Positions 1-12,159 of a stretch of 64,000 bases of DNA are shown here, piece after piece. The stretch is from Dimorphilus gyrociliatus (lineage: Eukaryota > Animalia > Annelida): NCBI GenBank assembly GCA_904063045.1, contig CAJFCJ010000008.1:1540097-1604096 (forward strand), given 5' to 3'. A program made the position numbers and the translations under genes. The notes below the pieces were generated by a model, which had not been told where the DNA came from, searched no databases, and saw only the letters and a list, made by a program, of their open reading frames with translations. The stretch's first letter is position 1. Every line of letters starts with the position of its first letter.

Positions 1-520
1 TTAAATATAGTCACTATTTATATATCCCATTCATATATGCATCCAGTCATCTATTCAAAAATTACATATTGTCCTTTAAACTTTTTAACATTTTTAACAA
101 ACTATGTTTCGAAACTTATTACCCTAATGGTAAAATACATTACGGCCGGTAGAGAATAGGAAACAGAAAAAAAGAATAAATGTAGGATAAAACCCTGCAT
201 TTTCCTCGATTTCTCTCTCTCTCTTCTCTACTTGAACGATTATTGATAATCAATTTTTATTTAAGTATATCATCCTATAATAAGGTATTTTTATAGTATA
301 GACTAGCTAAAAAGATAACTTAGAAAATGTAGGAAAAAAACAAGGACGAGTCGTGTTTGTTAAATTGATATCATGTTAACGTTTATTTTAGTTAGTTGAA
401 GGATTTAGAGGGAGTATAAAGTATAATCTATGCTAGAGAAATACATATTTCTTTTTTATAAAAATGTTTATATCTGTGTCGTATGCGGTCCATTTTTTAC
501 ATCTGTGACTAATTCGGGGA

Positions 521-2449
521 TTAATCTGATTTTTGTTCGCGTCTTATAAATTTGGCTTTGTAAGGCGAAGACACTACCACTCCCATGAAAAGGAACTTTC
601 TTGCATCGTATTCCGGTAATTTATTTTCCTTTTCGGGTTCTACTTTATAATTTTGTATAATGCCTGTTATAAATAGAAACAGTCGATTCTTAGCCATTGG
701 TTTTGCTAAACAAATTCTCCTTCCAGCTCCGAAAGGTAGAAGGCTGTTTGTTTTTAAAAAAAATGAGTAGCAAATCTATTTACTAGTAGAGTATCTCAAA
801 TTCTTACTGCTTCCTCAAGTAATGACCGGTGTCTACTACTTTTCCTTCTTCATTTAAAAATCGCTCGGGTCGGAAATTCCAGGGATCGCCCCAAATTTCT
901 TCATCATGATGGAGACCCCAAATATTGGGCCATATCTACTTGACAAAAATTTAAAAGTGTATGGTTAGCATATTATATAATAAACCTGTGTGCCTTTTTT
1001 AAGCTGATAGCCGTCTAAATCCATGTCACGGTCAGTTTCGTGAGGTAAGGCGAATGGTACGACAGTTGTGTATCTGAGTAATTCTAAAACACAAGCTTCC
1101 GAATACGGCATATTTTTTTTATCTTCAAGACAAGGCATTCTAGAATGTCCGACAGCTTCACTAACTTCTTGAAAAATCCTTTTCTCTATTTGAGGGTGAT
1201 TAAGCAGTATTGGCAAAAAATTATACATTGAAGACGATGTCGTGGAAAATCCTGTATCGTATTTGTTTAGCTATAAATTTTGTATATTGTTATAATGGAT
1301 CCTTACCAGCTAAAATTATTGATTGAAGTGTCTTACAGAAGGAAGCCCGGCTATATTGAAAAGACGATTTCATTAATTGAGAATACATACTATCTATTGC
1401 ACCAGAAATCTCATCCTTGTTTTTTTCATCTTGATTCATTAGCTAGAGAAGCGATAATAAATTACAAACTAAACAAAAACTGAGGGAGAGCAAGGAGCTA
1501 GAACAAATAATTAAAGAACACTTACAAATCGCTGATCGATAACTTTATTCCAAAATGCGCAAACATTTCTTTCATAATCGCAAATTTTTTTATATGCTTT
1601 ATATCCGAAATATTTTAACCAAGGAAAAAGTTCCAAAAGCAGTGCCTTGGAGCCAAATGTAACTTCAACAAACTGTATACTCATTTTGGTTATTTGTGAA
1701 ATCTCTTCTTCACTCAGCTCTTGATTTAAAAGCTGCGTAATATACATTTCTCTAATTTTAAAATATATTTTTTAAAAGGTGTATATTTACCATGGAATAG
1801 ACTATGTCTGCTAATAAGTATTGTATCTTGTCATTTATATCTACAGCCTTGCCATTAGCATTTGACAAATATGTAAAAAATTTATTTATAGATCTCATTG
1901 TCAATGATTCCACTGTCTCCATTCCATCGCCATAGTGTTTAAAAGACTTTAAACAAATTTTTTTTAGCTCTCTAAACTTTTCATCGTCATTCATTGCAGT
2001 AATACCGGGTTCTTTCTTATATAATATACCTAACCTGTTAGATAAATATCTCGAAGAAAATCCGTCTTGTTTCGTTACAAAGACCTCGTGAATTAATTTT
2101 AGCCCAGAAACCAAAACAATGTCTGAACCCATTAGGTTAAAACGACACAAGTTGCCGTATTTCCTGGCGTAATTTGCCAATTCTAGATGCATCTTCTCCT
2201 TTTTTATACTAAAAGCTATGCCGACGAGGGGTAAGCCCTTAGGTCCTGGTATTCTTTTACCACCTTTGAACTTTTCTAATAAAAAATAAGCCACCAAAAG
2301 ACTAATCAAAGATATAGTTAGCTTTATTGAAAGATCGATGGATAACCATTTCAAGAAGCTACAATTGAATATTGAAAAAAGTAGAATTAATTAGACGAAG
2401 TAATATTCATATAAGAAATCATAAAAGCTCACTCATTAAACACAATCAT
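521..2449 (-). CDS. Cytochrome P450, clan 2 (CYP17/CYP21/CYP1-like), 7 coding exons, 514 aa
   Basis: Exons 2449-2433, 2358-1791, 1732-1526, 1442-1307, 1251-986, 935-808 and 743-521 join in frame through GT-AG introns of 50-83 nt (1545 nt total). Motifs: N-terminal TM anchor plus [11 protein letters not shown]-helix LAGFSTT, K-helix ELLR, PERF, heme motif [10 protein letters not shown]. Confidence 0.95.
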
Positions 2450-3224
2450 TTCGCACAATAATTGATGCACTGAAATTGTACAAGGTGTAAACCTTGTCCT
2501 AAATATCACTGAGAGTACATATATCAGATAAAGACTATTCAATACTACATCCTCATATGACTTTTAAATTATTCAAGCGTATCAATACGAAAATGCTAAT
2601 CGGGGGCAAATTACAATTATGGTAATATCCCTGAAACCAAAAAAATAAAATATGCTATTTAAAATAGCAACGAAAATAGACGAATTAATATGCATATAGC
2701 AGAAATACTTTGAAATTTTTTCGACATTAAAAGTAGGCTATAAATATTGATAAGTAGTTAATATGAACTATTCCTCTTGTTAATTTTTGTGAATATTGTC
2801 AATTATTTGTCGCACATAAAAGTAGAACAAAGACTGAGAGAAAAGGGACGCACGTATACATTTGTCAATTATTCTTTTGCTACAAATGTTTCGCTTGTCG
2901 AGATAATATATTTAAAAGTAGGTATTTCTCAAAGGAAAAGATCCCAAAAGCAAATTACTGAAATGTTTTTATTATTATAGCTAGTGACCATGACGATCAT
3001 TTTCTAAGAAAATGGAAATAGAATATCACATTAAACTAACATACATGCATATAATAATAACTATTATAAATAAGCGTGTTTACCTAAAAAGTATACATCA
3101 TAGAATATATTTGCTATTGTGGCTGAAAACCCTAATAACTCAGGATTATTTGTTAGCTGCATTATAAAAAAATGTTGTAAAAAGGTGAATAGGTATTAAT
3201 TAAAAAATGTTTAACTTTTAATAG

Positions 3225-5791
3225 CACTCGAACAAGCATGCCAGACTGCAAGTAAAAAATGCTGGACTGCCTGCTGTGACTGGAAATCGTCGCCTCCGCC
3301 TAAAATCGATAAACGACAGATAGTAGTTTGCACTCAACCCTTAAAAAGATCAGACTCTGAGAATAGTTTAGCCGTATCTTCGCCAAGAGATAAAGATCGT
3401 CGGGGTTCTAGTTCATCTCATGGTAGCGATGCCACACTTAACTCATTTTCCTATAGGCGCTCATCAGTAACACCAGTTATTGACATGAAACCTATAGAAT
3501 TTTGGGCCAATAGAGAGACAGTACAACCTCGTACACCTAGAAGGGGTAGACTACCAAGCGAACCTGAGTTTTCCATCGATAGCATCAAGCCAGATTTATA
3601 CGAAGTGAAGGAAGAGGTTAAAAAGGTCCAACCAGATTTAGGGGAAGTTCATGTAAGCCTGCAGTATGAAGTTCCTGCAAATGCCTTAGTTGTTAGAATA
3701 ATAGAGGCTAGACATTTGCCTTTACCTGCGTCTATGGACAGAGCTGATCAAGCTCATAGTAATCCATATGCAAAACTATACGTTCTACCAGATACGAAAA
3801 ATGCACAACAGACTGGAGTTCAAAGAAAAACCCAAGATCCAAAATGGGGCGATACATTTACTTTTGAAATGTCATTTCAGGATGCTCAAAAGGGAACTCT
3901 GCATATATCTGTTAGAGATTTTGATAAGTTTTCGAGACATTGCGTAATTGGTCATGTAAATCTGCCCTTGGATTCAATGAATTTGCTTAAGGGTGGCCAT
4001 TTGTGGAAAGCTTTGATTCCAAGCCATTTGGTAAGCTTATTTCTTTAATATATTAGTATAATATTTTTGCAGGCTCCAGTAATAAAAACATGAAGTTTCT
4101 ACAAATCGGTGTAGAAATAAAATTACTCTTAGCAGTTGTTGGGAATTATCATTAGAAAGGCTATAAAAATAGCTACAAAGGAATAAAAAGAGGTAAGGGA
4201 AGAGATAGTATAAGGGAAAAGAGCAAGCTAGTGATGGAGAAAAGGTAGTGAATATAAAAAAATATGTTTTTTTAAAAGAGCAAAATATTAAAGAACAAAT
4301 CAAAGATTTTTTAAAAGTTCTTCAAGCAGCCAAATTAAAAAGTATTTGATTAAGAAAAAGTTACGTCTTTTAACCTAAAAGATACTAAATTTTGTAGTTC
4401 CCGTTACCTAAACCTATATTGTTAAATGTGTACTTTTTATTACTTTGCAAAACCTCTAGGCTTCGTGGCCATATATCAATTGACGAGGGGAAAACAATTA
4501 ACGAATAACAAAGTACTTCCGTTCCCTGGTGATTAACTGTGATAAAAAGACATCTTGGCTTAATTCAAAATTTCTTACTGAAGTGTCACATATATTATAC
4601 ATACAAATGAGAGTACTACACAAATGAATATATATAGTATACATACTTATAGACTACAGTTTATTTATATAAGTTCAGAGTATCCCTTGCTATTTAATAA
4701 ATACTGCATAATGAAATTATTTCAGATCATCTTATATCCAAATAATAAATTTACATGCAATTCATCTAATAATAATTCATTGAATATATTTATCTTTTAA
4801 CAAAAGCATAAATGAATCATATTTGTCTCAACTATAACTATACAATATAATTGAAATTACTTTTTTGCTTTTATTTAACTACTAAAAATTTCTTTTTAAT
4901 AAAGTTAGAAAGGAGAGTATTGAATTTATACAGTTAAGGAATGAAACAGAAAGAGAGAACGCTGTGCTGTTCTAGTAATAGGAAACCTAAGAGTTCTCTC
5001 TAGTTCTTATACCTCCATCGCAGCATCATTTTAAATTATATATAAAAAGAAAAGCAATATAAAGTGTTCAGTGTTACTTTTGCTACACATGTGAGAATTC
5101 AGTTAACTGATGCCTATATTTATACAGTATATATACAGTATATAAATTTATACAGTGTATACTAATATATATACATATTACACACACGTAAATTTTACTG
5201 TATATATATACAGTAAATATATATATATTATACTTGAATACCCCTTTAAAACTGATTTTCGTCATTATTTCCGATAAATTAATTATTAATTATGAATAAT
5301 TCTTGATTTATCAGGATAAACCGGACATTGGGGAGCTATTACTCTCATTGTTATATATTCCAAGTGCTGGTAGATTGAGCATCGACGTTATAAAGGCCAA
5401 ACAACTTCTACAGACGGATTTAGTTGGTGGATCGGATCCTTTTGTAAAAATTACTTTGCTTAATCATGAAAAACCAGTAAAAACCAAAAAAACATCTATG
5501 ATAAAGAATACGATAGATCCAGTTTTTAACGAGAATATTACATTTACAGTCGGACCGGAATCAATAGACTCAACGAGCCTAGTGATTACAGTATGGGATT
5601 ATAATAGTAAAAGTAAGGATGATTTGGTTGGTAGAATTGTAATTGGAAAACATTCAAATAGTGGAAGAGCTGAAGGAGCTCATTGGAATAAGATGATGCA
5701 ATGTCAAAGGCAACCTGTGGCCCAATGGCATTCCCTACATCCTAAGGAGATCTGCGATCGATCTGCTCCAATCTCAGCAACTATTTTATGA
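3225..5791 (+). CDS. SYT17: Synaptotagmin-17 (B/K protein) ortholog; no TM segment, Cys-rich N-terminus, two C2 domains. Start-codon exon not resolved
   Basis: Exon 3225-4030 (acceptor ttttaatag, donor TTG|gtaagc) and exon 5315-5791 (tcag|GAT...TGA). Contains stretches I recall as SYT17-specific: IDMKPIEF, AHSNPY, DFDKFSRHCVIG, KGGHLWKALIPS, GELLLSLLYIPSAGRL, AKQLLQTD, QWHSL..CDR..P. Confidence 0.92.
5194..5217. repeat. 24-bp perfect palindrome TTTACTGTATATATATACAGTAAA in the SYT17 intron
   Basis: Read directly; the sequence equals its own reverse complement. Confidence 0.9.
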
Positions 5792-8563
5792 GAAAAAACA
5801 AAACTGCTTATAACTTTAATTGTTGTATATAAATACTAAAAGAAAAGAAGATAGTTTGTCAGTTAGAATGAAAGAAAGAAAGAAATGAGTACCATAAGAT
5901 GGAGAAGAACCAGTTTTACATATGATTATTTACTTTGTCGTCTAAGTGAACTTTAAAATACTTATGTAAATTTCACTTGACGTGCCTGTATAATGAACCC
6001 AAGTGGATATGATAACATAAAGTTTATATATATATTGTATAATTGGTTAATAAATGTTTTGTCAACACAATAGACAAGTGAAAACCACTTGGCAATTAGT
6101 GTGGTTTTGAAGATTTAATTGTGAAAAAAGAAGCAAAATTGAGTTAAAATAATTTCTATGTTTGATTATTATAATTTAAAAAATTTTCTGTTTATGTCCT
6201 GTTATATATTATGTTATAAATTGATAAATGAGTTAATTAACTTCGAATATGGAACCTGCAGGAACACTTCTGAAACAAGAAAATATTGAGTTTTTTCTTC
6301 TCTTTGCACAATTATTATTAAAAATGTAATTTACAGATATGAATGTTCCCCAATACGTATTTGTCAAATTTCAATGTTCAAATGATAGATAATGAAAAAG
6401 ATGTTTATCTAAATCGATGTTTTATCTGTTCGTTATAAAGTTTCCTATAATATACCTATGTCACGAAAACTGATAATGAAAACGGACTATTGTATCAGAC
6501 AAGGCAATTCGCTGTTGCATATAAATTTGTTTCTATAGTAACAAACTTAATTAGACACCTTATCTGCTTGATGACTCTTAGTTTTAGCAAGTATTATAGT
6601 ACGATAAGGGGTTTCTCGTTTCTCTCTCCCTCGCTCTACCACTTTTTTTCAGAGTCTTCCTTCTCCACATTCTGAAGAAAATTCGTTTCACACTTCTGAA
6701 CTCTCTTTAAAAATTACTGTACGTCTTAGAATAAGTTCCTATAGTAATAATGAGAAAAAACCCATTATTACCTTATATATTATTTAATTTTAATGAATAA
6801 ATATATACTGTATAATAAAAAGAAAAGAGAATGCAAGATATGATTTTTCTTATCTACTTTTCCCGCTATTATAAGTTTGCGTGAAAGTGCAATCCCTTTC
6901 CTTCTTCTCTTGATTATTCTCTGTGTTAATTAAGGAGATTATATTTTTTATCCAGTTTAAATACTTTATAAAAGGAATAATAATAAGATATTAGATGTTA
7001 CGCACTCGTTAAATTTTTAAAATAAAATCACTAGATAGCCATTCAAACCAATAATTCTTAATAAATAATTTATTAGATTAAATAGTGCATTGTTTTAATA
7101 TTGAACCCTTACAAGTATTTCTAAAAAAAGTGACAAAGGCGCCATCTTTTGGTTTTTTTCTGTTTAAAATTCTACGCATTCAAAAAACAGATGTTAAAAC
7201 TTATAGTTTTTTTGTTAGCAATAAACTGCTAATTATAATAAAGATGAATATTTTTTTCCTTCAGCTGTATTTTAAGAAGTTGTGTTTTCTTTCTTAATCA
7301 AAGTAAAATATTACTATTGAACTACTATTGATTAGTGTAGGAAAATATCGATTTATTTATAGTATTAATTATTGAAGACAGTGAATCAATAATAACTGGT
7401 ACGACAAAATTGAACTTTATGTAAATGTTAGCAAAAACAAAGAAGGGAAACAATAGATTATTTTCGCTTAGAGCTGACATCTTAAACGATAAAAGAAGAG
7501 AGTTTATACATGCATATGTGTGTGATAGAGGGAGAGAGACATAGAGAAGGTAGAAAATGACTGTCATTCAATGATTATTAACAAAAAAGTGTCTTTATTT
7601 TCTCTAAAAAGAAAACTTAATTCCTGCTATTCATACTTCTTTTGTCCTCTAATTTTTCATTTCTTCTTAAATTCTTTTTTTTTAAATGCCTAGTTTAAAA
7701 ACTAAATTGATATTTCATAGTATATTGTATTGAAATGTGCATACATTTTATATACTCTATATGTAGTGACAATGTTCTTTGCTGCTTTTGATCATATATG
7801 AGCTTAGTTTCTTAAGTAATATTTTAACAAAATTTTCTTTCTCTTGGATAAATTTACTTAAAAATCTTATAGAAGCTAATCTTTAATGTAAATTATATGT
7901 CTATTTGGACAATTAACAAATATTGCATTATACTAATAGCAATTAGTCAGTGTCATTGTTTGTCTGAAATAGAGAGGGTAAAAGCCCCAAAAGATCTTTA
8001 CAAAAACAAATAAAGTATGATATTTAAGAGATTAAAACAGTCGATTACTAAGAAGCCGAAAAGGATAAATGAATTAGCAATACATTAGAAGTAATAAAAG
8101 AGAGAATATATGAAAGAGAGTGGGTGACAATATCATGAAATGAATAATATTTTCTTCCGTTAGAACTAAACTGATGAATAAAAGATAAACTATAAAGCGG
8201 GAAATTATAATTATAGAAATGTATGGATTAATTTACTGGAACATTTTTAGAACACAACTTAGAGTATATTACCAAGTGTTAATTAAGACCGTGGATCTGG
8301 TGAAATCTCTCAATAATTAACTTGAAAGTTACAATGGCCTTGCAATGATTTTATACTTTTCCAGTACACATGGCGATATACATGCTAATTAAGTGAGCAA
8401 AATATAATGAAATATATTGAAAATAATATAGTAAAAGCATGTACTGTATCATATTTCAGTAAATACCATATGTCACTTTACTAAGATTAATACTTAAGTA
8501 ACATTTCAGATGCATAACTCAATTCAAATTCAAAATTAAATTATCTAAGTTTTGTTTAGTATC

Positions 8564-9708
8564 TTAGTTTTTTAACGTATATTTTATTTTCATAGTTGCC
8601 GATGTATAGCTGTTGTAGGAAATTTTAATTTCATCTCCGATTAACGTATCGCATTTGCGGTCAAATTCTCCATGCCAGAAGTATCCATTGTAACAATATC
8701 CATATGAGAGTGTGTAGTCAACAAATTTATATCCAGCTTTAATGGGACCGTCACCCACACCACCTATCTCATACTGGGTTTTAGAGTTACCGATTGAAAA
8801 GTTGTCCACTACGTAGGTTTTCACTTCACCATTTGTGTCGGTTACAGTTGTGAAAAGAGTTGCTTTATAAAGGGAATTGGACATAGTGAGTTGACTCATT
8901 TTTTCTAAACCTAACCAAAAATCTTTTTCCAAATTTCCGAAACCATCCACATAATTTGTATACGTTTTACTCCAAAAATAACTATTTGTATTTTTGGTTC
9001 TTCTCATGAAGACAGTCCAAGATGCTAATTTATCAGATAAATCACAATATACCAATATCTTATCCATTATTTCAACTTGATATAGACTTTTTAACTCCGT
9101 TTTAACATGTTTATTATCTAGCAAAATAATTAAAAAGAAAATTTTAAAGATCTCCTACAATAATGAGCAAATAAACAATATTTTACCTTTTATTTTCGTT
9201 TTTACTAAAAAGCCAGCGGATTTTATTGGAGCTATTTCATAAATACCGCTTTTGGTATTCTTAGTCTTACTAACATCTTGACAATCTGTCAATATTTTTT
9301 TGCAATTGTAATAGTTTATTTATATACTATTAAAAACTTTTTTTTAAATTACAATGTACTAACTAGCATATAGAATATGAAATTTTCCGTTCTTTGCGCA
9401 AGTACTGTTACAGTCGAAGGAAAGTTGAGGTTTATTTAGATTTGGTACTGTTTTTATTAAATCAGTGACCTCCTTCTCTAAATCTTTTATGGTTTTTGTC
9501 AAATTTTCATATTTCTGAATACTTTTTTTAATGAGAAAAAGTTTGTTTCAAGAAACAGAAAACAAATATGGTTTACTTACAAATTATCTGAGCACTTCTT
9601 GATAAGATTTCTTTTGGGAAAGATAAAACTATAGGTGCATGTTTCTGTAGAATAAACACCTTCTTTAACGAAAATTATTAAAAATGTAATTATCAAAATT
9701 TTATACAT
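8564..9708 (-). CDS. Secreted angiopoietin-like fibrinogen-related domain (FReD) protein, 4 exons, 312 aa
   Basis: Exons 9708-9581, 9521-9364, 9285-9187 and 9117-8564 are phase-compatible (939 nt). Signal peptide MYKILIITFLIIFVKEGVYS, angiopoietin-type CTYSFIFP motif, short coiled coil, then FReD motifs DCQD, SGIYEI, VYCD, WTVFMRR, YVDGFG, DFWLGLEKM. Confidence 0.87.
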
Positions 9709-11771
9709 GACTTTCCAATGTCAACTATATCTTTTAAAGCTAATAACTAACATTGAAATTGTAATTGAATAAGAAATTATACTATTATTTCTACTTATTG
9801 GATATCACCTTACTCTTTAAATATGAAAACTAATTGATATTTGACAAAGGCACTCGGCGATATTGAATTATGATCGAGAATTTCTAAGTATTTAATTATA
9901 ATTAACACGCTGATATTTAAAACATTTATGAGAATATTTCCTGAAAGTCACCTTCTTTTACTGGCAAGGAGATTTTTTAAAAATCTTCTTAGAAAAATTA
10001 TTCATATATTGGAATTTTACGCTAAATCTTAAGGATTATAAGTTAATCTAGTTTTATTCTGATTACAACAAAAGAGATAAACCTTGGTGATCTATTGAAC
10101 CGTCAGTTTTTGAGGAATGAAGCTTAATCTGTTTATAAGATATAACCTATTTTTAGAGCTTGCTTATCAGTTGTTTAGAGGATGATAATCCATAGAATCA
10201 CTTACTCTAAAATACCAATATGAGTATAATGTATATTGAAAATAAAAGATAATGTGGTTTTTATGTTATATACAGTACACATATAAAAATTATCTTGTAT
10301 ATAAATATATACTGTATATTAGTATATTAATTTATATACTATATATTATATTTGTATATAAATTTGTAGTTTTCGTATGAAGTATGTGGCTTATTACAAA
10401 CTAATACGATTGAAAGGCAGGAGAGAGTTACACTATACAATGTCTTAAATTAATGATCAGTAGCTCTTAGAAAGAAACAGATACTCATCACTCAATAAAA
10501 TGTTAACCACAAATGTCCAACTTTCCGCTACATTAATTAGCCTACTTACTCTGAACTCAATAAACTACAAGACAAACGGAAAATTGTTGTATTTAAAATA
10601 TGAGGGACATAAATACATGACAATTAGTATGAATGAGAGTGGATAGAGGTAAGCTAATAAAGGCAAATAAACTGAGTCGTCTAAGATGATTATCCCAAGA
10701 AACGACTGACTGTGAACTCTACTAGAGAAACATGAAAAATCGCGTGAGACATAAAAAGAAAAGAATAACTATTTAATATATACAGTAGATTCATTGTATG
10801 AATATGAGTATGAACAAATGTATGTGACATAGAATTTTTACTTTTTTATAAATTAGGAAAATGTCTTTATAAGAAAACGTGTTTCATCAAGTTAGTCATG
10901 TCTTTTTAATATGTTTGAATAATTATGCACGATAGAGATTGGTCATCATTAAGATACCCTAAACTCATTTAGCTTGATCCATTTCCTATGAGGGTTGAAT
11001 TGAAAAATAACGTTGACTACTCATATGATAACACAAATATTATATATAAAATTTACTTTTCATGAAAAATTTCATATAGAAAAAAGGGAAGAACATGTTA
11101 CAGCGTCATTAGAGTCAGTAATTTCTTTTATTTATCACGCAGTATTTGACATCGAAACAATAATTTATTCGTTTCTCACGTAAATTATATAGAAATCTGC
11201 TTCTTTCTTTCAAATTTTCCTTAATTAAAGAAATCTTTTTCAGGAAAAAGAGTCATATCTTAGTAAAAGAGATTTAGATGATTCTGGCAATTATAAACTT
11301 TGAAAATCTAAGGGAAAAGCCTAATACATGTCTTCAATTTAAAATAATAAGCTTTTCTTAGCATTTGTTTTCAACTTTCGTTTTATATGTATTCATATTT
11401 AATATTTATTAATATATATATTCTGAAGTGTAAAGTAATACAGTGTCTACACTGCAGTTTCTGTCAATTTCTTAAGAATCAATCAAAGAGCCCAAGATGC
11501 TTTATTTAAGCATAGTTGCAAGGTGTCTTTTTACGAGAGCTTTCAAACTTTTACCTCACGATAATTCTATATACATCAGTTTCAATATATCTTTAATAGA
11601 ATAAAAATAAAACACTGAAAATTTCCCTAGAGCGCACTGTGAATGTTAAGACTTTTACATTTAAAATCCAGCATTCATTGTTAAGTTAACCTGCACTGTG
11701 CGCGTTAGGGAAATTATCAGTCTGCTTTAACTTTGATGATCTTATCTCTTTTTTAATTGAAACTGGGAATT

Positions 11772-12159
11772 ATGTTCAAAATTCTAACGTGTCTGGCTTC
11801 GATTTATATGATTTGTTATTTAGAGGCTTTTACTTTTCGAAGGAATTTTGAAAAAGGTCAGTTTCTTATTATTGTGAATTTTTCGCATTTAATTTTTTAC
11901 AGCTCTTCTCGTATATTCTTTCTTTCTTTTTATATATTCTGTAGATGAGAATGATGATCAAACGTGGAAGAGGATATTTCAAATAACAAAACTTTGTTCG
12001 AATGGGGGCAATCCTTCTCTTTGTAAACTTTATAGGGAAAGACGAAGTTCTAGTATAAGTTGTAGACCAAATATTTCTCGACTACAATGCTATGATGAGT
12101 ATATTGCTAGGATTTTTAGTAAGCCCAGAGACAAGGTTCGGATTGTGGGAAAACGTTAG
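11772..12159 (+). CDS. Candidate neuropeptide/peptide-hormone precursor, 2 exons, 99 aa; the ORF track shows only exon 1 read through into the intron
   Basis: Exon 11772-11856 (donor AAAG|gtcagt), 88-nt intron with long pyrimidine tract (ttctgtag|), exon 11945-12159. Protein: MFKILTCLASIYMICYLEAFTFRRNFEKDENDDQTWKRIFQITKLCSNGGNPSLCKLYRERRSSSISCRPNISRLQCYDEYIARIFSKPRDKVRIVGKR*. It has a signal peptide, KR and RERR sites, and a terminal GKR. Confidence 0.78.

Noticed and set aside
3145-3184. Cys-rich candidate first exon of SYT17 (GLFVSCIIKKCCKK)
   Set aside because: It ends in phase 0 while the 3225 acceptor needs phase 1, so the start exon is left unresolved.
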